From contig OZ244197.1 in assembly GCA_965216785.1 (NCBI GenBank), forward strand, positions 2,816,001 through 2,880,000: a stretch of DNA of 64,000 nucleotides. Direction: 5' to 3'. Below are positions 9,737 to 18,490 of the stretch, one piece after another. The stretch's first letter is position 1. Each line of letters starts with the position of its first letter. The stretch comes from Thermodesulfobacteriota bacterium. Its GTDB lineage: Bacteria > Desulfobacterota_D > UBA1144 > Nemesobacterales > UBA2774. The translations under genes were made by a program, and so were the position numbers. Under the pieces are notes generated by a model. It ran no database searches and was not told the DNA's origin. It saw only the letters and a list, made by a program, of their open reading frames with translations.

Positions 9737-10534
9737 TCATTTAACCACTTTTACTATAATATGGTGGCCGTAGGATTTTAAAAACCTTTTCGGAATCAAA
9801 TTAAATGCCGGGACGAAAAGTTTATTATACAAGACAGTTTGAATTTTATTGTCCCTATCGGCTTTAATCGGAAAGCGGTCGGTTGTAATACGGACCTCCG
9901 AAAAAGAGCTTAAAAGACTCTTAAGCTCTTCAGTCTTATGTTGTTTGAAAACCGGCGCTTCTTCTCTATATGATTTTGAGTTAAATGTTTTGAATAAAAG
10001 ATTCAGCCATGAATCTGAGTTATATAATACGAGATACGCTTCATGCTCCTTTTTGAGTACACGGTGTATTTCTTGAATCATTTTCTCGGGATTAGGAGTA
10101 TAAGGAATAGATGAGATAGCAAATACTACATCAAAACTCTCATCTTCATACTCCATGTACTCTCCGTCTGTTCTATAGACTTGCGCTTTTAAGTTGCGGA
10201 TTTCCACATTCTTTCTCGACATCTCAACAGCAAAATCAGATATATCTATGCCAGTAACAATAGCCCCGGAGTTTGCTAATTTCACAAGCTCGTTTCCAAG
10301 TCCACAGCCGATTTCCAAAATCCTTTTTCCCTCTAAGCTTCTATAGTCAATGGCTCCATTTAGGTAACCGTGCTTTTTCTCATAATAAGCCTTAATGTCA
10401 TTAAAATAATCGATAGTTCCTGGTGGATGTTTAGAAACCTGATACTCGTGCGGGTTTTTATTCCAATACTCACGTATATGCTCTATTACCGTTAATCCCG
10501 CTGAGTCAATATTACTGATTGAAGCTTTATTCAT
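9737..10534 (-). CDS. Class I SAM-dependent methyltransferase
   Basis: ILEIGCGLG motif I, GIDIS, FDVV, EIHRVLK. Confidence 0.9.
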   Translation of the reverse strand: MNKASISNIDSAGLTVIEHIREYWNKNPHEYQVSKHPPGTIDYFNDIKAYYEKKHGYLNGAIDYRSLEGKRILEIGCGLGNELVKLANSGAIVTGIDISDFAVEMSRKNVEIRNLKAQVYRTDGEYMEYEDESFDVVFAISSIPYTPNPEKMIQEIHRVLKKEHEAYLVLYNSDSWLNLLFKTFNSKSYREEAPVFKQHKTEELKSLLSSFSEVRITTDRFPIKADRDNKIQTVLYNKLFVPAFNLIPKRFLKSYGHHIIVKVVK

Positions 10535-11739
10535 TAGAGACCCCTTTGCATGATCGCATTGAGAATTTGTCTTGTCTTTTCCATTTTGTCTTCCGAACTG
10601 TAGTTTTTCTCAAAACATTTCCTGGAATTGAGAGCAAGCTTGCTTGCATAGGAAGAATCTTCTATGACATCTATAATTCCCTGAGCGACAGCTTCAGGGC
10701 AAGTATTAACTAAAACTGCTGTGTCTTCATTTAAAACTTGAGTATGTGCCACGATATTTGTGGCGACTATAGGCTTTCCAGCTCCAAGGTAGTCATAAAT
10801 CTTCAACGGTGGATTGTTGCCGATTGTTCGCGTTGATAAGAGAACATCGGCGATTTTCATATATTGAGGTATTTCATCAATAGGAAGATTGCCAGTAAAA
10901 TTAACGCTAGATGCTATTCCAAGTTTAGAGGCCAATTCCTTTAAGCCCTTAATTTGGTTTTTATTCCCTCCAGCGAGAACAAACACGGTATCGTTACGTG
11001 ATTTAATCACTATCTGCGCAGCCGCCAGTAAAAGCTCGAGTCCCTGATAACGCTCAAAAGTTCCTGAGTATAGTACGACTTTGCTACCGTTAAGCTCTGT
11101 ATGAAAAAGTTTGAATGAGTCGGAGGTTTCTTCGTCTGCAGATTCAAAGTCATAATGCTGAAAATTCTCTATAGTAACTCTTGGAATTTTATTGTTCAGA
11201 CCCATAACATATGTGTCCAAATCTTCAGAGATCGTTATAACGCCCTTACAGGAATTAACAACATACTTTTCTAGAAGTTCAAAAGCATATATCAGACTTC
11301 TGTGTCGTTCATATCCGAAGTTTTTCATCGCTTGAGGAAGTGATGAATGAAAGTCATAGAGGTGTCTGACTTTAAATATCCTGGAGAACAAAGCTCCAAA
11401 ATAACTTGCTTCTTCGTGAGTATGTATAAGGTCATATTCTTTGCTTAATAGTAGGCGAAACGCTTTAAAAAAAATGAATACGTCGAGGAAGATTTTTTTT
11501 AATGAAGGGCCGACCGGAACTTGTTTTATAAACGGTATATTGACCGTGCGAAAAGTCTTAAGCCCTGGCAGCCCAATATCTTCCCCTACATGATAGGTTA
11601 CTAAATCCACCTCATGGCCGAGTTTGGATAAGTCTTCCAATCTGGATCTGACTGATATAGGGGTTCCTCGCGAAGAGAAGAAAGGTAGGCAAGCTAGCAT
11701 CAAAATTTTTAAACTACCGTTTGTATTAGAATCTGACAT
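10534..11739 (-). CDS. Glycosyltransferase family 4 (GT-B)
   Basis: GHEVDLVT, YSGTFERYQG, PLKIYDYLGAGKPIVAT; 1-nt stop/start overlap with the methyltransferase. Confidence 0.9.
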   Translation of the reverse strand: MSDSNTNGSLKILMLACLPFFSSRGTPISVRSRLEDLSKLGHEVDLVTYHVGEDIGLPGLKTFRTVNIPFIKQVPVGPSLKKIFLDVFIFFKAFRLLLSKEYDLIHTHEEASYFGALFSRIFKVRHLYDFHSSLPQAMKNFGYERHRSLIYAFELLEKYVVNSCKGVITISEDLDTYVMGLNNKIPRVTIENFQHYDFESADEETSDSFKLFHTELNGSKVVLYSGTFERYQGLELLLAAAQIVIKSRNDTVFVLAGGNKNQIKGLKELASKLGIASSVNFTGNLPIDEIPQYMKIADVLLSTRTIGNNPPLKIYDYLGAGKPIVATNIVAHTQVLNEDTAVLVNTCPEAVAQGIIDVIEDSSYASKLALNSRKCFEKNYSSEDKMEKTRQILNAIMQRGL

Positions 11740-11746
11740 TTAATAT

Positions 11747-12727
11747 TTATAGTTTTGTTTTAGAATCTATGATTTCTCTGATTACATAAGTTGGTTTATC
11801 TACAGACTCATAATAGGTCCTGACTACAAGCTCGCCGATAAGGCCGATAGAGCAAAGCTGGACTCCGAATATTATAAGGAGCGCTCCTAGTAGCAAAAGC
11901 GGTCTATCGCTTAGGTGATAACCGTAGAAGATTTTTAGGAACGAGAGGTAACCAGCAATTATTATACCCAGTAGGAAAGACACGATACCGAAGAGACCGA
12001 ATATCTGAATAGGTTTTGTAGAATAGCCCAACAGGAATTTTACAGCAATCAGGTCCAGTATCACTCTTATAGTTCTCGTGAGACTGTAACTGGAGGTGCC
12101 GGATATCCTGGGGGCATGATTGACTTCAATTTCGCTCACAGATACGCCCATCCAGCTGGCAACGGCAGGTATGAATCTGTGCATTTCACCGTAGAGTTTA
12201 ATGTTCTTTATTACATCACATCTATAGGCCTTAAGCGAGCATCCGTAATCATGAAGTTTTACGCCGGTTAACATGGAGATTATGTAATTAGCGATCTGAG
12301 AAGGTAGACGTCGAGTAAGATAGTCATCTGCCCTTTTCTTGCGCCATCCGCTTACAATATCGTATCCGTTATCAAGCTCCTGAATCAGTTTTTCTATATC
12401 GGCAGGATCGTTTTGCAAATCAGCGTCCATAGTAATGATGATATTTCCTTTTGCCAAATCGAAACCAGCCGAAAAGGCCGAGGTTTGTCCGAAATTACGG
12501 CGTAAACGTATAATTTTCAATTTTTCGTAGCTCGTTGAGAGCTTTTTCATAACTTCAAAACTGTCGTCTCTGCTTCCATCATCAATCATTATAATTTCGT
12601 AAGTTTGCCCAGTTTTAGTTAATACCTCATTTAATTTAGTCATCAGTGGTAAAATGTTATCTGATTCATTGAATACAGGTATTACGATCGATAGTTCTAA
12701 GTCGTTTTTTTCTTTAGAAGTTGCCAC
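11747..12727 (-). CDS. GT2 polyprenyl-phosphate glycosyltransferase (ArnC/GtrB/DPM1-like)
   Basis: SIVIPVFNE, DDGSRD, RRNFGQ, MDADLQNDP, GEMHRFIP, two C-terminal TM helices; GTG start. Confidence 0.9.
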   Translation of the reverse strand: MATSKEKNDLELSIVIPVFNESDNILPLMTKLNEVLTKTGQTYEIIMIDDGSRDDSFEVMKKLSTSYEKLKIIRLRRNFGQTSAFSAGFDLAKGNIIITMDADLQNDPADIEKLIQELDNGYDIVSGWRKKRADDYLTRRLPSQIANYIISMLTGVKLHDYGCSLKAYRCDVIKNIKLYGEMHRFIPAVASWMGVSVSEIEVNHAPRISGTSSYSLTRTIRVILDLIAVKFLLGYSTKPIQIFGLFGIVSFLLGIIIAGYLSFLKIFYGYHLSDRPLLLLGALLIIFGVQLCSIGLIGELVVRTYYESVDKPTYVIREIIDSKTKL

Positions 12728-13128
12728 AGTTCCATCATTCTATATCGTATTTCGGGGTTTTTAAAGTATGCCCTCCTTTAATAAGATCAAGATAAAGAAA
12801 TAATCGAGCCAGAGAAGTAAAGCGTATATCTAGGAAAAACCGGGAGCTAACTCAAATTATTGGCTCACATACCATTGAATAAAAAAACAGAGGAAGATTT
12901 CATCCCAACTCCAGACGTAGTGTGTTGGAAAGTATATGAAGTCTTTTATTTTTGAAGAGTTGGGATGTCAAAAAGCTAAGTTATGATTACCTATAACCAT
13001 TCAATTTACTTTGTAAAATGTATGAAAGTATGTCTATGAGTTCCTGAGGAAATTCGCCACCCCCCGACCAACAGACATTTGTCCGTTGGTTCTACCAAAA
13101 GGGAAATGGAATTATAATTAACCTCTCG

Positions 13129-13270
13129 TAACTACTTGATATGAAATGAATATTTATTTGCTAATGATTTTGGATCTTGAAAAAAAATACGCTTATTCAA
13201 TTTTCATTCTTTGACTATTCTTTGACGGAAAAAATAGGATATTTCGAGGGGTCACACAACTAGCTGAATT
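13129..13270. promoter_or_regulatory. IHF-consensus sites and tandem arm-type repeat inside the right att end
   Basis: TAACTACTTGATA (13129) is a perfect YAANNNNTTGATW match; ttctttgactattctttgac at 13207-13226; weaker CAACTAGCTGAAT at 13257. Confidence 0.55.
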
Positions 13271-13282
13271 TATTGGGATAAT

Positions 13283-13359
<77 letters not shown>

Positions 13360-13569
13360 AAGTGATTCCGGAAAGATTGAGAATATTACCCAAACGTACG
13401 GGAGTCTTCAATAATGGAAAATTTGTAGGGAAATCAAGATACTCACTCGATCGCATTTTCCCCCGTCAGGGGGATGGGGAAAAAAACAAACAAAGGTGAC
13501 GGATGGGATCCTTGACTTGTCCTGAACTCAATTCAGGATCTGACCGGGACGACAATAAACGCCGTTTGC

Positions 13570-14358
13570 TCAAGCATCGATTACAGTCCAGTTGTCGCAA
13601 TAAAGATCGCTCGTGTCATGAGCCGCAGTGTAACCAGTACCGAACCAGCGGCTGGGCGCGATGATAGTCTTTTCTTCATTCTCTGATAGCCAGGAACCCC
13701 ACCAGGAGAAAGAAGAGTTCGCAATAATAAAGTCCTCACAAAGACTCATCAGACACAGCTCGGCAAGCTCGTCACATCCTTCACTGATGAGATACCTCTC
13801 GTCAGCAAACTGCTCCTTACACCAATCTGGGTCATCAGAAAACACCATGATAGGACGCATGGTATCAAAGTGCTTAATCGCTTCGTTGTAATAGTTAGGG
13901 GAGCAGGGAGGATGGTTTTCGCTGTTGGTCAGATAGTCGCCGCGGCGAACGTGCATAGCGATAGGATTCTCTACACCGTCCATCATCTCCTTACAAGGAT
14001 TGTAAATGTTATTCTTGAACTGAAAGTCCTGACGGATTTTAGATTCAATGTGCTTGAAGTATTTCTCTGTCTGAAGATACCCGTAGAGATTATGTCCATC
14101 AGGCATGTTGTTCAGCAGGTCTTCATCAAATGCAAAGTGCAGCTCCCGGACATAACTACCGGGAACAACTTTGATGTTGGTAAGACCCCTCAGTTTGAAT
14201 GCTTCAAAGAGCTGGTGGTCAGTCCATGGATCTTTGAAGTCGCTTGGAGGAATAGCAAACTCATAACCACAGTGCGCTGCGATACCACGCAGGCTTGCAT
14301 ACTGAAACATTTGATTGCCAAGTCGTCCGAGGCGGCCAAGGTGATTAAATCCAATCAT
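13570..14358 (-). CDS. Alpha-1,2-fucosyltransferase-like glycosyltransferase (GT11)
   Basis: GRLGNQMFQYA, GYLQTEKYF, HVRRGDY, FSDD, ANSSFSWWG are the GT11 motifs. Confidence 0.92.
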   Translation of the reverse strand: MIGFNHLGRLGRLGNQMFQYASLRGIAAHCGYEFAIPPSDFKDPWTDHQLFEAFKLRGLTNIKVVPGSYVRELHFAFDEDLLNNMPDGHNLYGYLQTEKYFKHIESKIRQDFQFKNNIYNPCKEMMDGVENPIAMHVRRGDYLTNSENHPPCSPNYYNEAIKHFDTMRPIMVFSDDPDWCKEQFADERYLISEGCDELAELCLMSLCEDFIIANSSFSWWGSWLSENEEKTIIAPSRWFGTGYTAAHDTSDLYCDNWTVIDA

Positions 14359-14603
14359 GATAGAAGCAATAGAAACTTTTTTCCAACACTAGTTAAATTA
14401 GAGATATCAGACACTCCACTTAAGTAATGTTATATTTAATTCTAAATTCTATACTGCTTCCCATTAAGAATCTAGTAGAATGAACTGGATATATGGGTTG
14501 AGTATTACGACAGAAACTACCTTGATTCAGCACACGAATCCCGCAATCCGTTTCAGGCGGAGCCGGAACATTCCAGCAATCATAGCTCAGATTTAAACGC
14601 AGC

Positions 14604-14632
14604 TTGACATAAGGGGAGCAGTACCTTATGTT
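14604..14632 (+). promoter_or_regulatory. Sigma70-type promoter overlapped by an 8-bp inverted repeat
   Basis: TTGACA(14604)-17 nt-TATGTT(14627); acataagg (14607-14614) / ccttatgt (14624-14631). Confidence 0.55.
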
Positions 14633-14676
14633 GCAACTAGGAATTTAGCTGTCTTTGTAGATGATCCTTGCCAACC

Positions 14677-15486
14677 ATGATGAAGAAACTCATAAAACCA
14701 CTCCATCAGTACTTGGTAACCTTTGGAATCGACCCATTGATAACCATCCGCTCATTCAGAGGTATACCTAACTTTCTCATTGATTATTTCAAACTTAAAA
14801 AGCAACAACCAAAAGACAACAGCCACTTTGATTTTGGAAGATTCCACCCATGCTTTGATGACAGATTTGCACCTAGCGGCGATGCAAAAGGGCATTACTT
14901 TCATCAGGATCTTTTGGTCGCCTCCAGGATTTTCGTTAACCAGCCGGAGCGACATATTGATGTAGGGTCTCGAGTCGATGGTTTCGTTGCACATGTTGCA
15001 TCTTTCCGCACGATTGTCGTTGCTGATATTCGTCCCCTAAAAACTCACATACGTAATGTCGAATCTATACAGGTTGATATTATGAAGGAAGTACCCGAAG
15101 AACTGGTGGAATCTTGTGATTCCCTTTCTTGTCTACATGCACTTGAACATTTTGGGTTAGGGCGGTACGGCGATCGCGTATGCTGGGATGGTTATCGTAT
15201 AGGCTTCGACAATCTCCTGGCCATGCTTAAGCCAGGCGGCAAGTTTTATTTTGCCGTACCCGTGGGTGAGCAACGCATAGAGTTTAACGCACACCGTGTG
15301 TTCTCGATAGCATATCTGCTGGAAATGTTCTCAGGGCGACTGCGTGTAGATGATTATTCATACGTCGATGATTTGGGTGACCTTCATGAAAGCGTTATTC
15401 TCGATGAAAACAATATCAAGACTAATTGTGAGTGTTTATTTGGCTGTGGAATATTCGAGCTAACTAAGGTAAAAACATTTGAATAG
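14677..15486 (+). CDS. DUF268-type methyltransferase-fold protein
   Basis: HYFHQDLLVA, HIDVGSRVDGFVAHVASFR, SLSCLHALEHFGLGRYGD, LKPGG, FNAHRVF. Confidence 0.75.
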   Translation: MMKKLIKPLHQYLVTFGIDPLITIRSFRGIPNFLIDYFKLKKQQPKDNSHFDFGRFHPCFDDRFAPSGDAKGHYFHQDLLVASRIFVNQPERHIDVGSRVDGFVAHVASFRTIVVADIRPLKTHIRNVESIQVDIMKEVPEELVESCDSLSCLHALEHFGLGRYGDRVCWDGYRIGFDNLLAMLKPGGKFYFAVPVGEQRIEFNAHRVFSIAYLLEMFSGRLRVDDYSYVDDLGDLHESVILDENNIKTNCECLFGCGIFELTKVKTFE

Positions 15487-15672
15487 TAGGCTAGGAATTC
15501 CACAAAATAAAAAGATAAAAATTTGCATCAAGAGTGAGCTCCGCATTATTAATAGTTAGAACTTAAATCGAGCTTAACAAATGGGGGCAGCACAATTTAC
15601 AATCCTAGTCTAATATAAAAAGTGTGATCATGACAGCTAAACAATGACATAAGACTGATGAGAAAATACTAC

Positions 15673-16065
15673 TCAGTAACGCTTTCTGTTAAGGTAGTCA
15701 AAATCTATGAGCCTGGCTTTTACTCCCTTGGCGCGGGCGCGTTTGAGCATGTCGCCGCACACCTTACTGGTTCTGAGATTCTGAACGAACACGACCGCTA
15801 GGTCGGGGTTATGGTATGAGAGCATGAGCTCGTTACGGCGGTAGAAGCAGTTGTCTCCAAGCGCTCTTACTGCAGGGTGAACAATGCGGTCGATGCCGCG
15901 GACTTTACAGACCTCATCTGCGATGGACTCTGGCCCCGGCTCGCCGCCGTGGATTATAAGAAGCTTCTTACCCTCGAGCCTTGAGAGCTTCTCAAGTTTG
16001 ACTATCTCGTCCTCAATGTATCTATCGAATGTCCAGTGTCTTGACCCTGTGATTATGACCCGCAT
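15673..16065 (-). CDS. SLOG-superfamily (YspA/DUF2493-like) protein
   Basis: RVIITGSRHW, IIHGGxxGxESIA, RNELML motifs. Confidence 0.7.
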   Translation of the reverse strand: MRVIITGSRHWTFDRYIEDEIVKLEKLSRLEGKKLLIIHGGEPGPESIADEVCKVRGIDRIVHPAVRALGDNCFYRRNELMLSYHNPDLAVVFVQNLRTSKVCGDMLKRARAKGVKARLIDFDYLNRKRY

Positions 16066-16197
16066 CGACCGTCCCGCACCCCTACAGAACAGTCCAATTG
16101 ACTCTATTCTTTCATGGATACTGATTATTACTACTCTATAATATATTACATGGCGCCTTGGAATTGCAATACCGAGAGGAAGTATTTTCTGTTTATC

Positions 16198-16422
16198 TTA
16201 CCAAACATGGCTGTTTATATCGTCGGACCTGCCCGGGCGGAAGATATCCAGCGCGTCCGGGTTGTAGTAACCTCCGTAACCCTGAGGACACACGCATGGG
16301 TAATCGGTACTCTGGCATTCGTAACAGTCGCCCCCTACACTACCACCCACTTTGGCACCGCACGAGCCTAAGGATATAAGAAGTAGTGTAGCTAGAAGAA
16401 GTCTTATAAAATGAACCCGCAT
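16198..16422 (-). CDS. Small Cys-rich putative lipoprotein
   Basis: Basic N-terminus, hydrophobic core and lipobox LGSC, then CxxC...CxC; RBS gagg upstream. Confidence 0.55.
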   Translation of the reverse strand: MRVHFIRLLLATLLLISLGSCGAKVGGSVGGDCYECQSTDYPCVCPQGYGGYYNPDALDIFRPGRSDDINSHVW

Positions 16423-16474
16423 AGCCTCGCCTCTTCATTAACCTGCCTATATAAATTTACCACAGGATTAGCGT

Positions 16475-16765
16475 CTATTCGCAGGTAGTTTTATCGGATT
16501 CCTTATAGGCGGATCTTAAAATGCTCAAGCAGAGGGAGACGTGGGTACCGAATCGCGGATCATCGGCGCCCAGGAGAAGGGCTTCGTGATGAACGCGAAG
16601 AAAAGTAGTGTAATATGTACTGCTTATGCCTGAAAGCTCTTCTATTAACTTAAGCGCTCGCTTACCCCAATCTTTAAAATCCTCTTTTTTCCACAGTCCG
16701 TGAGTAGTGCGACTGGTTTCGTCCAAGAGCTCCGTATATGTGTCTTTTAAGTTAAGATCGGCCAT
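16475..16765 (-). CDS. Hypothetical protein
   Basis: ~96-aa ORF codirectional with its neighbours; no recognised motif. Confidence 0.45.
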   Translation of the reverse strand: MADLNLKDTYTELLDETSRTTHGLWKKEDFKDWGKRALKLIEELSGISSTYYTTFLRVHHEALLLGADDPRFGTHVSLCLSILRSAYKESDKTTCE

Positions 16766-16834
16766 AAGATATGCCCTGCAACCTTCCACAATTACAGCGT
16801 TTTATTTTAATAACAGCTAAAACAATACGGAAAT

Positions 16835-17305
16835 TTAGAACCTTGGGGCGTAGGCAAGGTTCTGGAGCCAAAAATCGATGACATACTCGATCCTTGGAAG
16901 CATGGGCTCCCGGTATGTGTCCAGATCGGGCAGATGTATCCAGCGGCACTCTATTATCCCCTCCTCGAACTGCGGAGAGACGTCTGAGTCTTTACCGTGG
17001 TATCGAACAAGATACCAGTGGGTTTTCTTTAGATACTTAGTTTTCTGATGCCTGGTCGTGTGCCAAGTGGACACGAGCTTGCCGTTAATACTCAGCTTGT
17101 CCTTGTCCAGACCCGTCTCCTCTGCGATTTCCCTGAGCGCAGTCTCGGCAGGATTATCATCACCGTTGAACCTGCCTTTGGGCAAGTCCCACCTGCCGCG
17201 TTTAAATATTAACAGGACATGGTAGTTGTCGTTATAAACCAGCCCGCCGGCTGACTTTACAATCGGCAGGTTGAGCGTATTACCTAAATTATAATCTTCA
17301 GTCAT
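16835..17305 (-). CDS. NUDIX hydrolase (Ap4A/MutT1-like)
   Basis: SAGGLV, WDLPKG and Nudix box ETALREIAEETG; overlaps the ppk2 stop. Confidence 0.9.
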   Translation of the reverse strand: MTEDYNLGNTLNLPIVKSAGGLVYNDNYHVLLIFKRGRWDLPKGRFNGDDNPAETALREIAEETGLDKDKLSINGKLVSTWHTTRHQKTKYLKKTHWYLVRYHGKDSDVSPQFEEGIIECRWIHLPDLDTYREPMLPRIEYVIDFWLQNLAYAPRF

Positions 17306-18200
17306 TCTGCATCCTTGTAAGCACTTCTTTTTTAGATTTTCCTAAATTTTTTTCTTCATTTTCTTCAACTAATTCACTTAGCACGGAGAGCTGCAGCTTG
17401 TTAAGACCGTTAAAGGCAACTCCGTTCAGTTCGATACTATATTTTTCAGAAACATCCTCTCCGGTCAATGGTACGAACTTTTTATTCCCGTAGAGCCTCA
17501 CAACATAGAGCATGGTGGTAAGCCTCGATTCTTTTCTTGAATTTGAATCGATCAGTATCCACGGGGATTTTTTAGAGGCGGTATGCGTAAACATCTGCTC
17601 TTTGTATTTGGTGTAGGTTTCCCACTTTTTTCTCGCGTGAAAATCATTCTCGGAAAATTTCCAGAACTTAAGCGGGTCTGAGAGCCTTTCCTGAAAACGG
17701 TAAAGCTGGTGCTCCGGGTCTACGGAGAGATAAAACTTTACAAGCTTAAGCCCTTTATCGATCAGGTTGTGCTCCCACTCGAGCACCTTGTTCATGAAGT
17801 ACTCGTACTGCGACTGTGTGCAGTAGCCCATTGTGGGCTCAATCAACGCGCGGTTGTACCAAGAGCGGTCGAAAAATACGACTTCCCCGGGTTTTGGCAG
17901 GAGTTTCTCATAGCGGTGAAACCAGTACTTTGACTCTTTGGGTGTCGGGATTCCGAGATCGACGGTTCGGTAGTACTTGGGCATGAGATTCTGAGTGAAA
18001 CGGAGAATCGTGGAGCCCTTCCCCGCCGCGTCGCGTCCGTCAAAACAAATGCAGAGTCTCTGAGACCGCTTGGCTACTTTTTGCTGTATTGTGAGCAGCT
18101 CGAGCTGAAGACGGCGCTTTTCGATATGATAATCTTTAAGGCTTATCCCCTCGTAGGGAGCTTCAATTTTATAAACTTTCTCCCCGGTGAGTTTTTTCAT
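17298..18200 (-). CDS. ppk2: Polyphosphate kinase 2
   Basis: Walker A DGRDAAGKG, DRSWYNR, LVKFYLSV, LKFWKFSEND. Confidence 0.95.
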   Translation of the reverse strand: MKKLTGEKVYKIEAPYEGISLKDYHIEKRRLQLELLTIQQKVAKRSQRLCICFDGRDAAGKGSTILRFTQNLMPKYYRTVDLGIPTPKESKYWFHRYEKLLPKPGEVVFFDRSWYNRALIEPTMGYCTQSQYEYFMNKVLEWEHNLIDKGLKLVKFYLSVDPEHQLYRFQERLSDPLKFWKFSENDFHARKKWETYTKYKEQMFTHTASKKSPWILIDSNSRKESRLTTMLYVVRLYGNKKFVPLTGEDVSEKYSIELNGVAFNGLNKLQLSVLSELVEENEEKNLGKSKKEVLTRMQND

Positions 18201-18490
18201 CTGGTAATTCCTCCTATAATAGTTTCATACCCTATCATAGAAAAGTTAATAAACACTAAACCCCTGCTCTCAAAATCTTTCTAGTACCCTAAATAATGCC
18301 GATTTAATATTCATAGCTGAAATAAAACTAAGGTTAAGATCGGGCCGGCCAACTCTATACAAAAGAAGTATATAAAATGGGATGATTAATGCAAATAACA
18401 GGGATCTGAGCTTAACGGCTTTGAAAAAGTTGGTGATTTATATGTATATGGGAAGTATTATTAGAGCTAAATATCGTTACGGAGGAAAAT

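Noticed and set aside
13870-14427. 185-aa plus-strand ORF
   Set aside because: Antisense shadow of the GT11 gene with no motifs.
16114-16379. Two plus-strand ORFs (85 and 73 aa)
   Set aside because: They overlap the minus-strand lipoprotein ORF, which has an RBS, a signal peptide and a lipobox.
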